Position numbers and translations under genes: made by a program. The notes under the pieces were generated by a model. The model was not told the origin of the DNA and did not search any database. It worked only from the letters and a program-made list of their open reading frames with translations. A stretch of 63,761 nt of DNA, the filler included, from Licmophora abbreviata (lineage: Eukaryota): the NCBI GenBank assembly GCA_900291995.1. It is 10 parts of 10 records of this genome, joined end to end, with 100 filler letters (N's around TTAATTAATTAA, not from the genome) between each part and the next. Parts side by side here need not be neighbours in the genome. Positions count along the whole stretch, not along the records: positions 13,577 to 25,660 come from OLMU01004468.1; positions 25,761 to 37,438 come from OLMU01004469.1; 8 more parts are not named here. The stretch is one strand, 5' to 3'. How positions within the stretch are numbered: the stretch's first letter is position 1; every line of letters starts with the position of its first letter. Of the stretch, positions 21,814 to 34,490 are shown piece after piece.

Positions 21814-23460
21814 CTAGGCCGCCATCGTCGTCGGCCGTTGCCTTGGTGATTTAGCTGCATCTGTTTCTAAGCTCATCCTGGATAAGCTGTTTTCGAGTTG
21901 CGTCTCGGAATGCGTTCCACCCTGCACATCCTGTTTACCAGTCGATATGTGATGAACTGGTGATTCGCCGTTCAAAGAACCCTTCCGCGCATCGTCGCGC
22001 ATTGCCACCGTTTTTGATGGCACAACGGCTTTCAGCAACGCAGCTGCATACGCAGCCTTGGGGGGCTCACTTGACTGGTGTTGCCCGCTCTGGGTCTTGG
22101 TGTCACTCAGCGACGGGAATTGCTCATCTATTAATAGCTCGCTGTTCGACTGCTGCGATGCCCCGGATCTCTTCGGTCTCTCCCTCTCTCCCCTGTTCGC
22201 GTTCCCCCCACCTTTTTGCTTCTGGGACAGCGATCCATTGGACCTGCCTTCCCCTCGGGCTTGGGGAAGCGGGCGCCTTGAGCTATCGCTACTTTGCGAA
22301 GCGCCGTCTTGCCTTGCACTTCCAGAGCTTCTCGCTCTACCCCTTTTCGCTCGCTTCTTTGGCTGTGCTCTCCCTCCTCCCCGATGAGGCTTCTGGCCTT
22401 CGTCTCCTTTGACATATACATGAGATGGATAGGGTCGCATGTCGTACCCGGCGTACGGCTGGTACATGTGTGGCGGTGGATGATGCATCATCTGCATGTG
22501 AGGATACGGATAGCCTGCAGGTACCGCAACAGCTTGAGGCCGTGCCATAACGGGCATTCCATATTGCACATATCCATACGGCACTGCCGCCATGACAGGA
22601 TACCGGAACTGTGGGTGTACAGGGGCTGGGCGATTCTGCAAGTGGACTGGAGGACCCATCGATGCCGTCGATGAGGCTTCAGTGGATAGGTTGGTCTTAA
22701 CTTCTGCTCGGATGTCTTGATCCGAACGATCATTGATCGCCGTTGCGGCAACATGGGCGTTGCCTTCCGCGTCGAAGTGGACCGACCACTCTGTAGGCCC
22801 GTCTCGGCGAGCTGCCGTGGGCTGAGGGGAGACCTGAGATGAAAAGAGGTCCAGGACTTGCTCCTCCGACAAAGCCTCTGGCACGTTGCGGAGGATGACA
22901 CTTGCAACTTCCTTCATAGGGTGGGTTGGAATCCCAACTGAGGAAGTAGCCGTCGTTTGCGATGTCGGAGAGGATGGAGAAGAGGCGCTACGCAGTTGTG
23001 GACTCCCTTCTATCTCCACCGCAGCCGATGATGTATGATTCTGCGGTGGAACAGGGGGCTGTTGGACGGTCGCAATGGGACTCTGCATAAGAGGCTTTGC
23101 ATTTGAAATTGGACTGATCCACATGCCATCGACGCTCACTCTGACCATCGCACTCCCTCGAAGGGCATGAGCGAGGACCGCAAGGTCGGCTCGGGGAGGT
23201 GGGCTCTGCTGGATGTTGTAAGCTGCTGCGTAATATTGACGAATCTTGGGGAAATTTGCGATCACTTCCAGTGGTACGGCACCAACGTGCTCACTTTTGT
23301 AGAGCAGAGACCGAAGAAAAGAGTCGTTCGCCAAATTCTGTGGGCTGAAGTAGTACTCCACCTGGGATCGGAGTCGATCGTGGAGGACCGTTGCCGCGTC
23401 AAGCCTGTGGCCGGTGCTGGCCTGCATGACGGCGGGATGAGGCGGTAGATTCTGTGCCAT
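21814..23460 (-). CDS. La-related RNA-binding protein (La motif + RRM-like domain)
   Basis: LRSQVEYYFSPQNLANDSFL..VPLEVIANFPKI; RRM-like VILRNVPEALSEEQVLDLF. Confidence 0.85.
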   Translation of the reverse strand: MAQNLPPHPAVMQASTGHRLDAATVLHDRLRSQVEYYFSPQNLANDSFLRSLLYKSEHVGAVPLEVIANFPKIRQYYAAAYNIQQSPPPRADLAVLAHALRGSAMVRVSVDGMWISPISNAKPLMQSPIATVQQPPVPPQNHTSSAAVEIEGSPQLRSASSPSSPTSQTTATSSVGIPTHPMKEVASVILRNVPEALSEEQVLDLFSSQVSPQPTAARRDGPTEWSVHFDAEGNAHVAATAINDRSDQDIRAEVKTNLSTEASSTASMGPPVHLQNRPAPVHPQFRYPVMAAVPYGYVQYGMPVMARPQAVAVPAGYPYPHMQMMHHPPPHMYQPYAGYDMRPYPSHVYVKGDEGQKPHRGGGRAQPKKRAKRGRARSSGSARQDGASQSSDSSRRPLPQARGEGRSNGSLSQKQKGGGNANRGERERPKRSGASQQSNSELLIDEQFPSLSDTKTQSGQHQSSEPPKAAYAAALLKAVVPSKTVAMRDDARKGSLNGESPVHHISTGKQDVQGGTHSETQLENSLSRMSLETDAAKSPRQRPTTMAA

Positions 23461-24276
23461 TCTAGGAAGAGAGACGGTGTTTCCTAGTTCAGGGCTACGG
23501 TGGAGACCTTGTTCCTTGGCCTGAGCATGGAAAATCGGTGTAAGAAGAGCAGTCTACCGTTAGAAGATACACGAAATGCGCAAGTGACACACATACATAA
23601 ATTGTTCAGCGATCCAAGAGCGATCGCCGACCGACGTCGTATTATCTTATCAGGAACAAGCCCCCCTTTTGTGTGTCGACCCGTTTCGGCTTCCATAGGA
23701 TCGCTTGCTTACCGAGAACTTCTCACTACAGGCGTCGTCTCTCGAAAAGTTGAATTTTGTGGTTGAGCTCTGAACCGAGGATAGGGCTCGGAATCGTCGA
23801 ATCCTCTTGTTGAGCTACTCCGTGGCTATGCTTCTTCGGTGAAATACTCTTAGCACGACTTTCCTTGATTCGCAGAGAAGGGAAGAGAGCCAGTTGATCG
23901 CGAAATGCGATGAGAAGTCAGTAAGAAGCGAACTGCAATAACGCTGTGAGATGCACGCTGTGCTCACACCACACAGGACAACCAGCATTAGCGCCCCTGA
24001 TTAGCGCGCGGGAAGGCCACAACGGCGGAACGGGTAGTCCCGTGAAACTTCAGTACAAAAATACGTACAAACCTACGGGCGAATTTCGCTCTTCAAAATT
24101 CATGAATTTTTGACCTTTTTAAGAGCGAATTCCGGGGCTACTCACACGCACTTTCCTGCCAGTATGATACTGGTATCATACCAGGTACTAGGTCGTTGTC
24201 TACATGCCGATTGGAGGGACTCTGTAGCCTACTAGTCTACTGGGACAGAGCTCAGATTCGTTTCCAAATCTAAGCA

Positions 24277-25467
24277 TTATTTCGGCATAATCTCATCGAG
24301 AGTCTTCACGATGCTCTCTCCCCACAGCTTGTATCCTTCTGCGGACGGGTGCAAGAAATCGGGCATCAACTTCTTGTTGATTTGCAAGTGATCTCCTTCT
24401 ACTGAGTCATCCATGAAGAACAAGCCGATGGTTTCAGCGTAGTGTACATGCCTTCGGTTTGCAGCATAATTCTTCAGTTCCTCGTTGACCTCCTCAATGT
24501 CATCCCATACGCTGGGAAGAGTGGGCCGGGAACTGGATCGCCACCACCTCCCTCTTCGTCCCCGGGCCGCGTAGCCTTTCTGATGAAAAGAACGGGGAAG
24601 GACACTATTAATAACAATCTCTGACTTCGGTCGGCGCTGTAGGAGTTCTTCCACGACGCGCAGGATGCCGACAACGACAAGCTCAGCAGAACACCATGTT
24701 CTCCCAAAGTCATTGGTCCCGATTAGAAGCCAGATAACTGGTGGGTGAAGGTTCTCCGGAAGGTCACCGTTCTGTATTCTCCAGAGGAGATTGGGGGATG
24801 TGTCACCCGAAATTCCCAAGGGAAGCCCTTCATACTTTCCACCATGCTCGGTAGAGAAAAGCGAATCAAAAACCTCTGGAACACCAAGTGTCCTGGGACT
24901 TTTCTCGCCGTACGACGTTCCCAGCCACCCTTCAGTAATGCTGTCGCCAAGGAACAGGACATCAACGTCATCACCCTTGGCTTTCGCCCTCTCGCTATTT
25001 AGATGATGCCTATGTTCCCACTTTTTGAATTCTTGTCGACCCTCGGGAACCATAGGGTTTTTGCAGGCACAGTTAGTGCGTCCGCTAAAACACCAGGGTT
25101 GCACAAACTCGGATGTTAGATCTTCCACACCGCCCACATTCGAATAGTCTCGCTGTATGGTTGATGGCAGGACGTCCGGTCGCCAAGATGTCGGAGTCAA
25201 GAACATATCATCTAGAAAATCGATCAAGACCAGAACCGCCACAAAATATGCAAATCTGACGCAGCAACTCCGACAGGAGCGCGTGGATCTCTTCCTGATA
25301 CGACGTTTCTCTTCACTGTCAACAAGAACTTTTGGAAGTCCAGTTGGGATGGACGTCTGCAGTGGGCTCATTGCTGGAAATTTCCGGCGGGCAAGATCTC
25401 CGCTGCCTCCGGGGGGCGGGACCAACGACGCTCCTTCGAGACGATGTTCTCTAATTTCTTCCCTCAT
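24277..25467 (-). CDS. SGNH/GDSL hydrolase (PAF-AH Ib-like) with N-terminal TM anchor
   Basis: FLGDSITEG, LGISGD, LIGTND, DFLHPSAEGY; TM helix FAYFVAVLVLIDFL. Confidence 0.9.
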   Translation of the reverse strand: MREEIREHRLEGASLVPPPGGSGDLARRKFPAMSPLQTSIPTGLPKVLVDSEEKRRIRKRSTRSCRSCCVRFAYFVAVLVLIDFLDDMFLTPTSWRPDVLPSTIQRDYSNVGGVEDLTSEFVQPWCFSGRTNCACKNPMVPEGRQEFKKWEHRHHLNSERAKAKGDDVDVLFLGDSITEGWLGTSYGEKSPRTLGVPEVFDSLFSTEHGGKYEGLPLGISGDTSPNLLWRIQNGDLPENLHPPVIWLLIGTNDFGRTWCSAELVVVGILRVVEELLQRRPKSEIVINSVLPRSFHQKGYAARGRRGRWWRSSSRPTLPSVWDDIEEVNEELKNYAANRRHVHYAETIGLFFMDDSVEGDHLQINKKLMPDFLHPSAEGYKLWGESIVKTLDEIMPK

Positions 25468-26342
25468 CTTTCAATCAGATTTCGAGAAGAGACAAGCCGA
25501 GGTGTGGGATAGAATACCGTTAGCTGTCCAGTAGAACTGGTGATGGTTGAGTCAAGCATCAATCGACGACGATCAGCACAAACAATGCTCGATCGCCACC
25601 GGTACCATGTATGGTGTCGTCGTACGCGTAGTCGCTTGCTAAGTGCAAACTGTCATTGCTNNNNNNNNNNNNNNNNNNNNNNNNNNNNNNNNNNNNNNNN
25701 NNNNTTAATTAATTAANNNNNNNNNNNNNNNNNNNNNNNNNNNNNNNNNNNNNNNNNNNNGTGATTTCAGATGGCTACGGACAGTCGTACAGACTAGGAA
25801 GTTGAGGCTTGCGCGCGCGTTCGAGCCAGGTGGCATTTCCGTTCACGTTTTATTGCAAGAGCGAAGCTCAACTTTGGAAAATAACTTGTGAAATAAATCG
25901 CAGAGACAAACACTGGCCAAGACTCAGAATTTTGATATTCTTTATTTTGAATAGCAAGACTGATCGTAGTCTATCATACTTAGACTAGCTAGAAGGCCTT
26001 AGACGTTGTGGATGCCACCGATGTTTCGTTTTCGCAGTTTGCAATGACCATCTGCTCACCAAGACGGGAATAAAACGATCGGTGCCAGCACGACCCGGAG
26101 AATGCTTTACTTTATTACAAATTTGTTGACATGTTGTTCACCGGAGTTCCCGCCGTGCTGTACCTGGTAGGCCCCAAAAGACCTGGACCAGATACCATGT
26201 GAAGAGAATAGAAAACAGCGATATGTGCATATAGTTTCCTATAAGTTTTTAAAAGTAGTCCCCTTGTAGTCGACGGATTGGAGCATCCGCTGGACTTAGA
26301 TTCGATAGCACATGCAATATCATGCCTGCTGTTCCCGCAGTC

Positions 26343-27494
26343 TTACCAACTTCCGTTCTGAAGAGTGTTCTTGGCGACGTATGGGCGGTATCCATCGTTC
26401 ATACTGGATACAGAAACAGGCGAATTGAGGGCCAGGTTGGAGTCTTTCTTGGTGAAAATATTCCCGTAGTCGACAGGCCTCTCCTCCTCGATGTTCAACT
26501 CATGATGAAGCGCGCACTCTTCGCTGCGTTCGTAGAGTTCCCATAGACGATTGCAAGCTGCCGACAGCTCCTGGCGTTCAGTGGGAAATGAGATTTCCCG
26601 AAGGGCTCGAAGCACGTGCTGGATGACGTTCGTCTGCTGCCCGTGTAGCCCTTCAACTGCGTTGAGGATGGACGCTAATGCAATCGTTGAGGGGCGCAGA
26701 CTAACAAAGAAGTAGTCGCACACCGCCAGCTCTGCAAAGAAGCAGGAATTTTCGTAGATGTCGTCAATGTCGACGCTGGAGATGTTCGAGAACCTTGATT
26801 CGCAAAAAATGTAGTCTAGAAGCAGCGAAGACATGGCAACTCCTGTCGGAGGGTGCAGCCGCCACGAGAGTGCATGGAGAATGTGTTCTTCCATTACTGT
26901 TACGTCCTTCATATTGAATTCTCCCCGGCTGAGGTCGCTCAGGACTCCCAAGTCTCCAAGCTTTTGAGGGTAGAATATCTTGACTGCCATGTACAAGGTT
27001 GTGGTGGCGGCAAGCTTGAACAAGCTCCGGTCACAGCTGCATGTGCAGAGGAAGCGATCTAAGTAGGATATGGAAATAGATACCACTTCTCGATCGATGC
27101 GAAAGTAGTCGGTAACACGGTAGGACCATTCACAGATCTGCTCTCGGCAAAACTCGTCGATGCGACTCTCCGGTGGTGCCGCCTTATTGTTGAGCGGTTT
27201 CGATAGTCGACCGTCCAAGAGTTGGCGCATATTGTTCTGCCATACGGTCATGCTCAGGTAGTCGACGCATGAATAGCTGCACGAGTCTTCTTGTCGCAAA
27301 AGAGCTGAGACATTATCTGCAAAAGCTCCCATCTCCTCACTTGGTGGCGGCGTGACCGGTCTGGGGGGAGGGCAACTCCGTTGCGAGCCCATTTCGAACG
27401 ACGGAGGCGGCGGGAAGGCCCGTGTGCGCTTTTGCTGCTTTCTCGGATTCAATTTTAGCTTCAGCAGAGCAGGGATGGCCGTGTTGAAACCCAT
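26343..27494 (-). CDS. Diatom-specific-type cyclin (dsCYC-like)
   Basis: CREQICEWSYRVTDYFRIDREVVSISISYLDRFL, LAATTTLYMAVK, MEEHILHALSWRLHPPT, ELAVCDYFF. Confidence 0.9.
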   Translation of the reverse strand: MGFNTAIPALLKLKLNPRKQQKRTRAFPPPPSFEMGSQRSCPPPRPVTPPPSEEMGAFADNVSALLRQEDSCSYSCVDYLSMTVWQNNMRQLLDGRLSKPLNNKAAPPESRIDEFCREQICEWSYRVTDYFRIDREVVSISISYLDRFLCTCSCDRSLFKLAATTTLYMAVKIFYPQKLGDLGVLSDLSRGEFNMKDVTVMEEHILHALSWRLHPPTGVAMSSLLLDYIFCESRFSNISSVDIDDIYENSCFFAELAVCDYFFVSLRPSTIALASILNAVEGLHGQQTNVIQHVLRALREISFPTERQELSAACNRLWELYERSEECALHHELNIEEERPVDYGNIFTKKDSNLALNSPVSVSSMNDGYRPYVAKNTLQNGSW

Positions 27495-28221
27495 GATGTT
27501 CCCTTTCGCAGTCTAATGCAGTGAAGTGACAGAAATTGATCCCTGCAGGAGTACCCGGTACCGGTATTGACAAGCCAGACCACCCAGAACTTGTGAGGTA
27601 TTGGTACTGGCACCGGTAGGGTCGGTCGCATCTAGTCTACGCGTATCATTCTCGTCAGTCTTGACTGCAAATTTCGAGTTTCGAAATTGACCGATTCCCC
27701 ATTTTCGAGCTATCCTCATGTCTGTATGAGGCATAAAAATTTTCCCAAGAATAACGTATTCGTAGCTGTACACTAAATATTAGCGCCTGGCCAGCGAATA
27801 ATCTGTCCATTTAGAACGAAATTTTTGACTGAGTCGAGTCAGTCGAGTCGTTCACTCCAACGATGTTTAGAAAAGTTGCACGAGCCACGAAATCTGAAAT
27901 CTGAAATCTAAACGCACTACCAGGTACCTAGTATGGTTTCGTTGACGATGATGGACCAGAACCGGATTACCGCGACGCGGCTTAGCTCACAGCTGACATT
28001 ATAGCGAGACTTGTCTCTGAATATGATCGAATAGTCCTACTGTGAGTGCTTGTCTTCAGTAGCGGTCTGGTTTTACCGTTACAGGTACCCATCCTAGCTA
28101 CATGTACCTGGTAAGTGGTATGATACAGTACCGGTACGGTCGTACCTGTACAAGTAGTACGATACTGTAGTAACATTGGTAACAGACAATTAAATCTCAA
28201 ATCCCGAAACCACTCTAATTT

Positions 28222-31200
28222 CTAGTTGGTATCGCAGAAGTGTCTGGCATTCTGGAACATCTGGAGCCAGGGGCCTGTCTCGAGACCCTTCCAATCCTCC
28301 GGGGCCCAAGGCCACTGCCATGTAGTGAACACACGCTCTGGGTGTGGCATCATGGCCAGATGACGCCCATCCTCAGAGCAAAGAGCGGCTATTCCAGCTG
28401 GACTGCCATTTGGATTGAAAGGATACGCTTCGGTGACTTCATTTGTGTCATTCACATAACGAAGCGGAGCGAGCTCATTCGACAACACCGTGTCGTACAC
28501 AGAAGTGTCGGGAAAGTGAAATCTTCCTTCACCGTGAGCAACCCAGATGCCAAGCGAAGATCCTTCCATACCCTATGAGGGGGCGAACAATTGACAGTAA
28601 AGTATTAGCTAGAGCACGTACCGAGCACTTGGATGTCGTGAGTACGTACCTGCAACAGGACAGCAGGGCTCTTCTCAATCTTCACGCTGCTGAAGCGGCT
28701 TTCGAATTTTCCACTATCATTTTCAAGAAGCCTTGGCTGCTTCTCTTCTGGCAGGCCACTACTGTTTGGAATCCATCCAAGCAACGCCATAAGTTGACAG
28801 CCATTACATACCCCAAGACTAAAGGTATTGTCTCGCTTGCGAAAGCTCTCAAACTGCTGGTACACAGACTCGTTGAATTTAATCACACCCGCCCATCCTT
28901 TGCCGCTATCGAGTACGTCGGCGAACGAAAAGCCGCCAACAAAAACAATGCCGCGGAAAATGTCGAGCGTGATATTTCCGTTAACTAGATCGCTCACAGT
29001 GACGTCCCAGGCATCGAACCCAGCTGCGAGGAATGCCGAGATCATTTCTCTGTCTCCATTGCTTCCTTCCTGTCGTAGGACGGCAACCTTGTGTTTGCTC
29101 TCCGACTGTAGAATCGCAGTTTCTGTGGGGGTGGGGGTGAACGAGAGCTTCCACTGTGGAGCTTTTCTCTTCTTGAGCCCTGATTCCTCCTGGGCAACAC
29201 ACTGCGGATTGCGCTGCCGCCTCTCGAGCTGGAAGCTTGTGGCTTCCCAGACATCTCGAAGTTGTGTCATTTTCGCATTGACGCAGGGTGGGGAGCTTCC
29301 AACCGCTATCTTGATGGAATCTCCAGCCGGAGATGCAGCGCCGATCTCGACGCATGGAACGCCGGCTTTAGTGTACGACTCCATTACGACCGTTACATCA
29401 GAACTCGCCACCTCCACAACAAGCCCGCTTTCTTCGCCGAATAGAGTTTGCAGCTCGCCGGCGTCTCCTTCCGCTTCCGGAATGCTCACGTCGATTGAGC
29501 AATTTCCGGCGAAAGCCATTTCCAGAAGTGTTACGACAAGCCCTCCATCCGAACGGTCGTGTCCGGCAAGGAGCAAGTCTTGGTCGATGAGGTCCTGCGT
29601 GACGACGAAAGCGCTCTTGACCATCGCGAAATCCTCTACATCGGGAGATTCGTTGCCAACCTGCCCATATACTTGGGCCAAAGCCGAGCCACCAAGACGC
29701 GCCTTTCCTTTTCCAAGATCCACGAGCAAAAGCTTGGATCCTCCTGAGGGGCACCGAAGGTCCGGCGTTACGGTCTTTGTCACGTCGGGACAAGTTACAT
29801 AGCACGTCAGGGTAAGCTCACCCGGCGCCTTTACAATCTCATCGCCGCATTGCGCGGCCATGGATAGTGAGTCCTTCCCTCCATCAATCCCAACCCCGAG
29901 GGCTAGCAGCGAGTCTCGCAACGCCTGACAAGCATCGTACATTTTCGCGGCTTCTCCTGCCAGCTTCGCCGCGTACATCCAGTTGCCACTGGCCTTGATA
30001 TCTTCAATCTTTGATATCTTTGCCCAAACCAGGTTCGTCATGGCTTCGGCAACAGTCATTCGAGCCATGGCAGTAGAGTTAACAAGACCCTTAATGGGCT
30101 GTTCCCCACAGGCCACCGCAGTTCCCGTAGTGCCAAAGTGAGTATGAGCTGTGACCCCTACATTCGACAAAGGTAGCTGTAGAGGACCAACACATTGTTG
30201 CTGTGCGACTAGCCCCGTTACCGAACGATCGACCTTGTGAACGAGGAACCGCTTGGACCCGACAGAGATTAGACGGAGCACGCGATCTAGGGCCTCCGTA
30301 ACTGTTGTTCCCTCCGGCAATTTCAAAGGCACGAGTTTGGATTCCATATGATCGTCAACAAAAGTCTTCTGCGGCATCTTTCCCAATACTAGCTCAAGCG
30401 GGAGATCAACCGGTGTCGTTCCGTCCAGTGAGTCATTCACCACGACCTTGCCGTCACCAGTGACTTCACCAAGAATGCGAATGGGACAGTTCTCACGGTT
30501 CGCGATCTCATTGAAAATGGCTCTGTCAGAAGGACGAATCAGTAGAGCGTTGTTCTCTTGGTACTCGGCGCCCCAAATCTCTAGAACTGATAGTGTGTTG
30601 TCGCCGACGTATACCTACAGGGCGGAAACAAGTGGATGGTAAGATCAGCGTATCAAGGCACTACCACGCATTGAGGCAACAGACACCGAATGCAGAGTTC
30701 GTACCTTGCGAATATCGTAAGATGCTCCCGCTGGCTCTACAATTTCCTTGAGCACATTGCCGTTTCCTCCAGCCCCTTGGTCGTGAACAGAAATGATGGG
30801 GTTGTGATCACCCAAGTCACAGCAGGCCCTCATCAACCTGTTCATTCGGTTCTCCATCTCAGCGTCGCCACGTTGAACAGCATCGAAGTCAAGATCAGCA
30901 TGCTCTGAGCTCTGCACCCGGGAAGAAGCCGCTCCCCCACCGATTCCAATTCGGTACGCAGGTCCTCCTACTTTGACGACCAGCATGCCCTTTTCTGGCT
31001 CGCCTTTCTCCGTATGTCCTCCATCGAGTTGCCCAACGCCCGCCGAGAACATGATCGGCTTGACCCACTCGAAGCGCTCGCCGCTCGGAAGTCTCTGCCC
31101 AAACGCTCTCGTAAAGCCGTGAATGACAGGCTCTCCGTACTTGTTGCCATAGTCCGACGCTCCGTCACTCGCATCAATCTCGATGGTAAGGGGAGATGCG

Positions 31201-32429
31201 AGATTCGACGGATACACAAAACCCTTGTCCTCCCAAGGCAACTCGTATCCCGGAATCTGTAGGTTCCCCACGCAGTAGGCAGAAATCCCTGCTACTGGAT
31301 AAGCTCCCCGGCCAGTCGCCATGACATCTCGCAAGCGTCCGCCCGTACCAGTTTCCGCGCCAGGAAAGGGGGCGACACCGGAAGGAAAGTTGTGCGTCTC
31401 GGCGGTGAGGATAGGATGCAGCAGCTGTCGAGCAATCTTGACAGATCCTGCCTTGGACACTTCCGAAGGACAAAGAGCGTCGCATTCGTAGCCGCGAATG
31501 GAGGAGGAGTTGTCGTGGAAGGCAATGACAGAGTTGTTTGGCACGTCCTTGGGGAGAGTGGCTTTGACCATCTGGAAGAGAGTGTGGGGTTTTTCCTCGC
31601 CGTCGATGACCATCTTTCCTCCAAAGAACCAGTGACGTGAGTGTTCCGAGTTGGACTGTCCCATGTCGAAACACTCAACATCCGTGGGGTCGCGGCCAAG
31701 CTTTTCCTGTCAAAGAAAGGTTCAAGTTCTTCGTGAGCCGAGTAAATGGTAGAGCAGGCAGACGCAACGTTTCAGTCTCACCTTGAACAGATTAGTATAG
31801 TAATCAAGATCAAAGTCATCGAACCCAAGTCCCTTTTCTTTGTTGATCTTCTCCAAGGCAGAGCGCCCCTCCTCCATGATTGGAACCGTCTGGACTGGTT
31901 CCGTGCGAGCCCCATGATCAAAGGTCGCTAAAGGTGTGACATATTCCTGCTCCGTCATGCGATCATGAAGCTTACCCTTGATGATAGCAGCGGCCTCGTC
32001 AGTCAGGGCCTCGGACATGACAAAGCGATAACGCTTAGATCGCTCGAGGCGAGCAATGGGCAAATCGCACGCTTTGCAGATACTAACCGCGTTGGAGGAG
32101 AAAGCCGAAGTGAATGTCATTCGCGGCCCAAATTCAACTTGCAAGCACAACGGAGGAGCGTCTTCTGTCTCAAAGACACTCTGCTCGAGGCGCAGGTTTT
32201 CGCGGTCAAAGGTTTCGGCCAAGAGCCATTCGAGTCTCTCCGTGTGCAATTCCGATAGCTGCTGCTGGCCATTGACACTGACATTGAAGCAGCTCTCCGT
32301 TTCGACGCTCACCACCTTCTCCGCGTCCTCTGCCAGGCCCATAGACTTTAACTGCTCCTTTACAGAGGGAAGGAGAGAGTGGGAGGGTTCCGTCTTGCGG
32401 TAGTAGTGAGTGATCTTGCTCTCCATCAT
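28222..32429 (-). CDS. PFAS: Phosphoribosylformylglycinamidine synthase (large PurL); exons 32429-31782, 31706-30705, 30614-28650, 28572-28222
   Basis: QSNSEHSRHWFF, ETHNFP, HDQGAGG, GGKDSLSM, HDRSDGG, LGVCNGCQ, MMPHPER; three canonical introns. Confidence 0.97.
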
Positions 32430-32825
32430 GGTGGACACGTACGGCAAAGGACTTTTCCACAAAGCAATGATGAAAATGAATGGATGATGGATCTTTCGTG
32501 CTGTTCGTGCGCTCCTGTTTTGAGTTTCGAAGCGTGCTGTGTGAGAGGTGTCGCGCGAAGAGGTGCGCGATAGGACGGAGGGACGGTCGGACGAGCCGTG
32601 GGTTGGCTGGCATCACGACATGATGACGTCGCATGTCATCCTCATCACACCACGATACCGCGATGACGAGTATCGTACTCGTATGATACGACGTACAAGA
32701 AAGTCTACAACACGCAATAGCATTCCACTTGGACCTCTACGCTACATGTCTGCCTTCGTCTCTGCACTTCTGCATAGCAGGCGCTCGCGAGAGAAGCAAC
32801 AACAGAGTCCATTCTGAGGAGGACG

Positions 32826-34460
32826 ATGCCGTACAGGACAACGAGAATAGTAGAAAATTGGACAGTTTTGTTTTCAAAAAGAAGAAAAGTCGGCGGCAGG
32901 CAAGTACGTGTTCGTTCGTCTTCATCAACGGCTGCTCCTGATGGTGCAGCAAGAACAACCGGCATTCCCATCAGCAAGACGCCTCGTGGACTTGCTGCAT
33001 CGCGAGTAGAGCCGTCCCCCTTTCGACTGGCCAAGTATGGAGAAGATTCAGTCTATACACTGGTGCTGCTGCGACACGGAGAGTCCGAATGGAACTCGCA
33101 GAATCGATTTACGGGGTGGTGTGATGTGAACCTGACCAAACGAGGGGAAAGTGAGGCACGAGCGGCGGGCCGTCTGCTGCTTGAAAATGGAGTGGAGCTA
33201 GACCATGCTTTCACGAGCGTTCTCAAGGTAAATCAGATGTGCGATGTGCCTGAATTTTGGCTTGGTATTTTTCCTGTCTCACGTCCCACTACACGAACGC
33301 ACACACTTATATGTGATTATGATACACTTGTCCGTAGCGTGCTTCCTTTTCAACAAACATGGCGTTGAACATGGCCAAGCAGCACTGGGTCCCAGTGACA
33401 AAGACTTGGCGCTTGAATGAGAGACACTATGGTGCGCTGCAGGGCTACAACAAAGATACAGCGTACAACGAGCTAGGGATTGATCAGGAACTTGTCATGC
33501 AGATGCGACGTAGCTATGACACCCCGCCGCCGCGGATGGGAGACGAGCATCCTTACTGGCATGGACATGATCGAAGGTACAAAGGCTTGGTATCTGAAGA
33601 GCTGGAGCGGTCTCGTGCGGAGAGTCTCAAAGACTGTGCAGAACGTATCATGCCTTTTTTCAATGAACGCATTGTCCCATCGATTCGAGCAGGGAACAAG
33701 TGCATTATCGTCTCGCATGCAAACACCATACGAACTCTCATCAAGCACATTGACAATATCAGTGATGAGGATATCAAGGGAATGTCCATTCCGACAGGAA
33801 TTCCACTTCTTTATCGGCTCGATAAGAACCTAAAGCCAGTCGACCCGGAGATGGAGCTTGAGTTTCGCTACATGGTCGAACCAAAAGGGTGCGTTCGCTC
33901 AATCGAGGCTTGCTTTCGATCGAAAATCTTCACGGAACTTTCCTTGTACTCACGTCATGCCTTCTCCAACCGACAGCTACACGTGGGGCACATCCAGAGC
34001 GCACGGGTTCCATGGAGTATATTTGGGCGATCTTGAACGACTGCAGGACATACAGCGAAAGCGAGATGTAACAAATCGCGATTGGCAGCGCATCATTCTT
34101 CGAAATGTAGCCAATGCCTTGAAAGTCGAGTCGGGCGGTGCAGATGGCTCTTCCGCGGTTTTCGAGACACGACAGTTGTGGTGGCAGGTTCATCAGCGAA
34201 TGGAAAGTCCGGAATACACAAACATGTTGCTTCTCGCCCGGATGAAGGACCACCTGGAGTCGCTAATGCACAACCGAAAACAGAGATTCCTCACAATGAC
34301 TGGGTTCGAGGCAATTATTGATAAACTGCACTTGGATGCAGAAGGGCAGGTCATAGAGCCTTTTGTAGAGCTGGCAGATACGCATGACAGAGAAGAACGG
34401 CAGAGAGCTTGGAACGAGCATCTGGCGGTTGACATGGAAGAAGAGTGTCTTATCAAGTAG
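32826..34460 (+). CDS. 2,3-BPG-dependent phosphoglycerate mutase with N- and C-terminal extensions; exons 32826-33227, 33338-33888, 33977-34460
   Basis: [55 protein letters not shown]; introns keep the frame. Confidence 0.92.
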
Positions 34461-34490
34461 TGTAAGTTTTTTAATTACAGTTTTGTGTTC

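Noticed and set aside
27831..27910. Short GAGTC/GTCGA and AAATCTG repeats (also near 46730 and 46860)
   Set aside because: Only two to four units of simple repeat; no evidence of function.
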